Assembly: GCA_964057225.1 (NCBI GenBank)
Contig: OZ059897.1
Coordinates: forward strand, 16,678,001-16,742,000
From: Auanema rhodensis
Taxonomy: Eukaryota > Animalia > Nematoda
DNA length: 64,000 nucleotides
Reading direction: 5' to 3'
A model generated the notes under the pieces. That model saw nothing but the letters and a program-made list of their open reading frames with translations. It did no database searches and was not told the origin of the DNA. Position numbers and translations under genes: made by a program. Positions 63,501 through 64,000 of this stretch are shown piece after piece (the first letter of the stretch is position 1; each line of letters starts with the position of its first letter).

Positions 63501-64000
63501 GGACAGTTCAATTGATGACTCAGGTTTAAAACTTTTTTTTTCTCATATTTGATAGAAATTTTGCAGTATGAAAGTGGGCAATTACAACGAAGAGCTTGGG
63601 CTGAAAAGATGCAATCAAGAAAAATGAAACATTTCTTTGATGAAGAATTTTATGAGGTAAAATAGAATTAAGAAAGATATATTATAATTATATTTATATT
63701 AAAGGGATATTATTCTCCAATTATACATGATTTAGATCATAGCTTAGTTAAAGTTATTGATCGTTTAGAATCTGAAGAATGGATAACATTAAAGAATAAT
63801 ATTATAAATGGAACTGCTATAAAGGTTCTTTTTTTAATTTTATTTTTAAAATAAATTATTTTTTTAGACTGGAGCGATTTTATTTTTTGAAGATCCATCA
63901 GAAGAAAGTTTAAGGAAATTCCGAGAATTTCTTATGGATGTTTATAACTGTACTACTGGTGAAGTAAAGCAATTTGCACAACAACAACTTAAAGAATTTC
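60530..64000 (+). CDS. del-10: DEG/ENaC family channel with a large extracellular insertion (del-10-like); 3' part lies outside the window
   Basis: MPRMAKNLA...FVDIVSGTNMDGVQHL; TM1 IWRALIIIFVLLALIQIWSQLQLYF; PVATNIEAEYPRTIPFPTVAICNNNQFR; CTWPNGTSC...GLCWAIN; GAGHGLRLLLNVESYE; Cys-rich thumb CSIRRY...CNCSM...CQPPC. The family call is firm; the symbol rests on recalled similarity only. Confidence 0.8.

Noticed and set aside
1-64000. Prokaryotic-type systems (CRISPR arrays, defence operons), transposases, tRNA/rRNA genes
   Set aside because: The window is intron-rich nematode DNA; no repeat-spacer array, transposase/RT motif or structured RNA gene was recognisable.

Overview
Very AT-rich eukaryotic DNA from a rhabditid (clade V-like) nematode, with many short (about 45-60 nt) GT-AG introns, so the six-frame ORF track shows only exon fragments. 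I assembled the genes by reading exons and splice phases by hand. In order: a single-C2-domain synaptotagmin-like gene (+), a GPI-type Ly6/three-finger gene (-), about 10 kb of mostly non-coding DNA with one orphan ORF, rgs-3 (-), a CTR/SLC31 copper transporter (-), fcho-1 (+), sod-1 (+), etr-1/CELF (-), tph-1 (+), dgk-5 (+, alternative N-terminal exon blocks) and a del-10-like DEG/ENaC channel (+, runs off the window). The most interesting signal is at sod-1. Its stop codon is in the leaky TGA-CTA context and is followed in frame by a short tail ending in the PTS1-like tripeptide SSL, and the gene also has an alternative upstream first exon. One Cu/Zn-SOD gene may therefore supply several compartments, including peroxisomes by stop-codon readthrough. 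Other notable features: frequent AAG 3' splice sites, a higher-GC domain at about 22-39.5 kb, neuronal miRNA seed sites and a possible alternative last exon in etr-1, and an HG-to-DG change plus a large insert in the DEG/ENaC. No tRNA, rRNA, CRISPR array, telomeric array or transposase was recognised. Gene symbols come from recalled similarity to C. elegans proteins, not from database searches.
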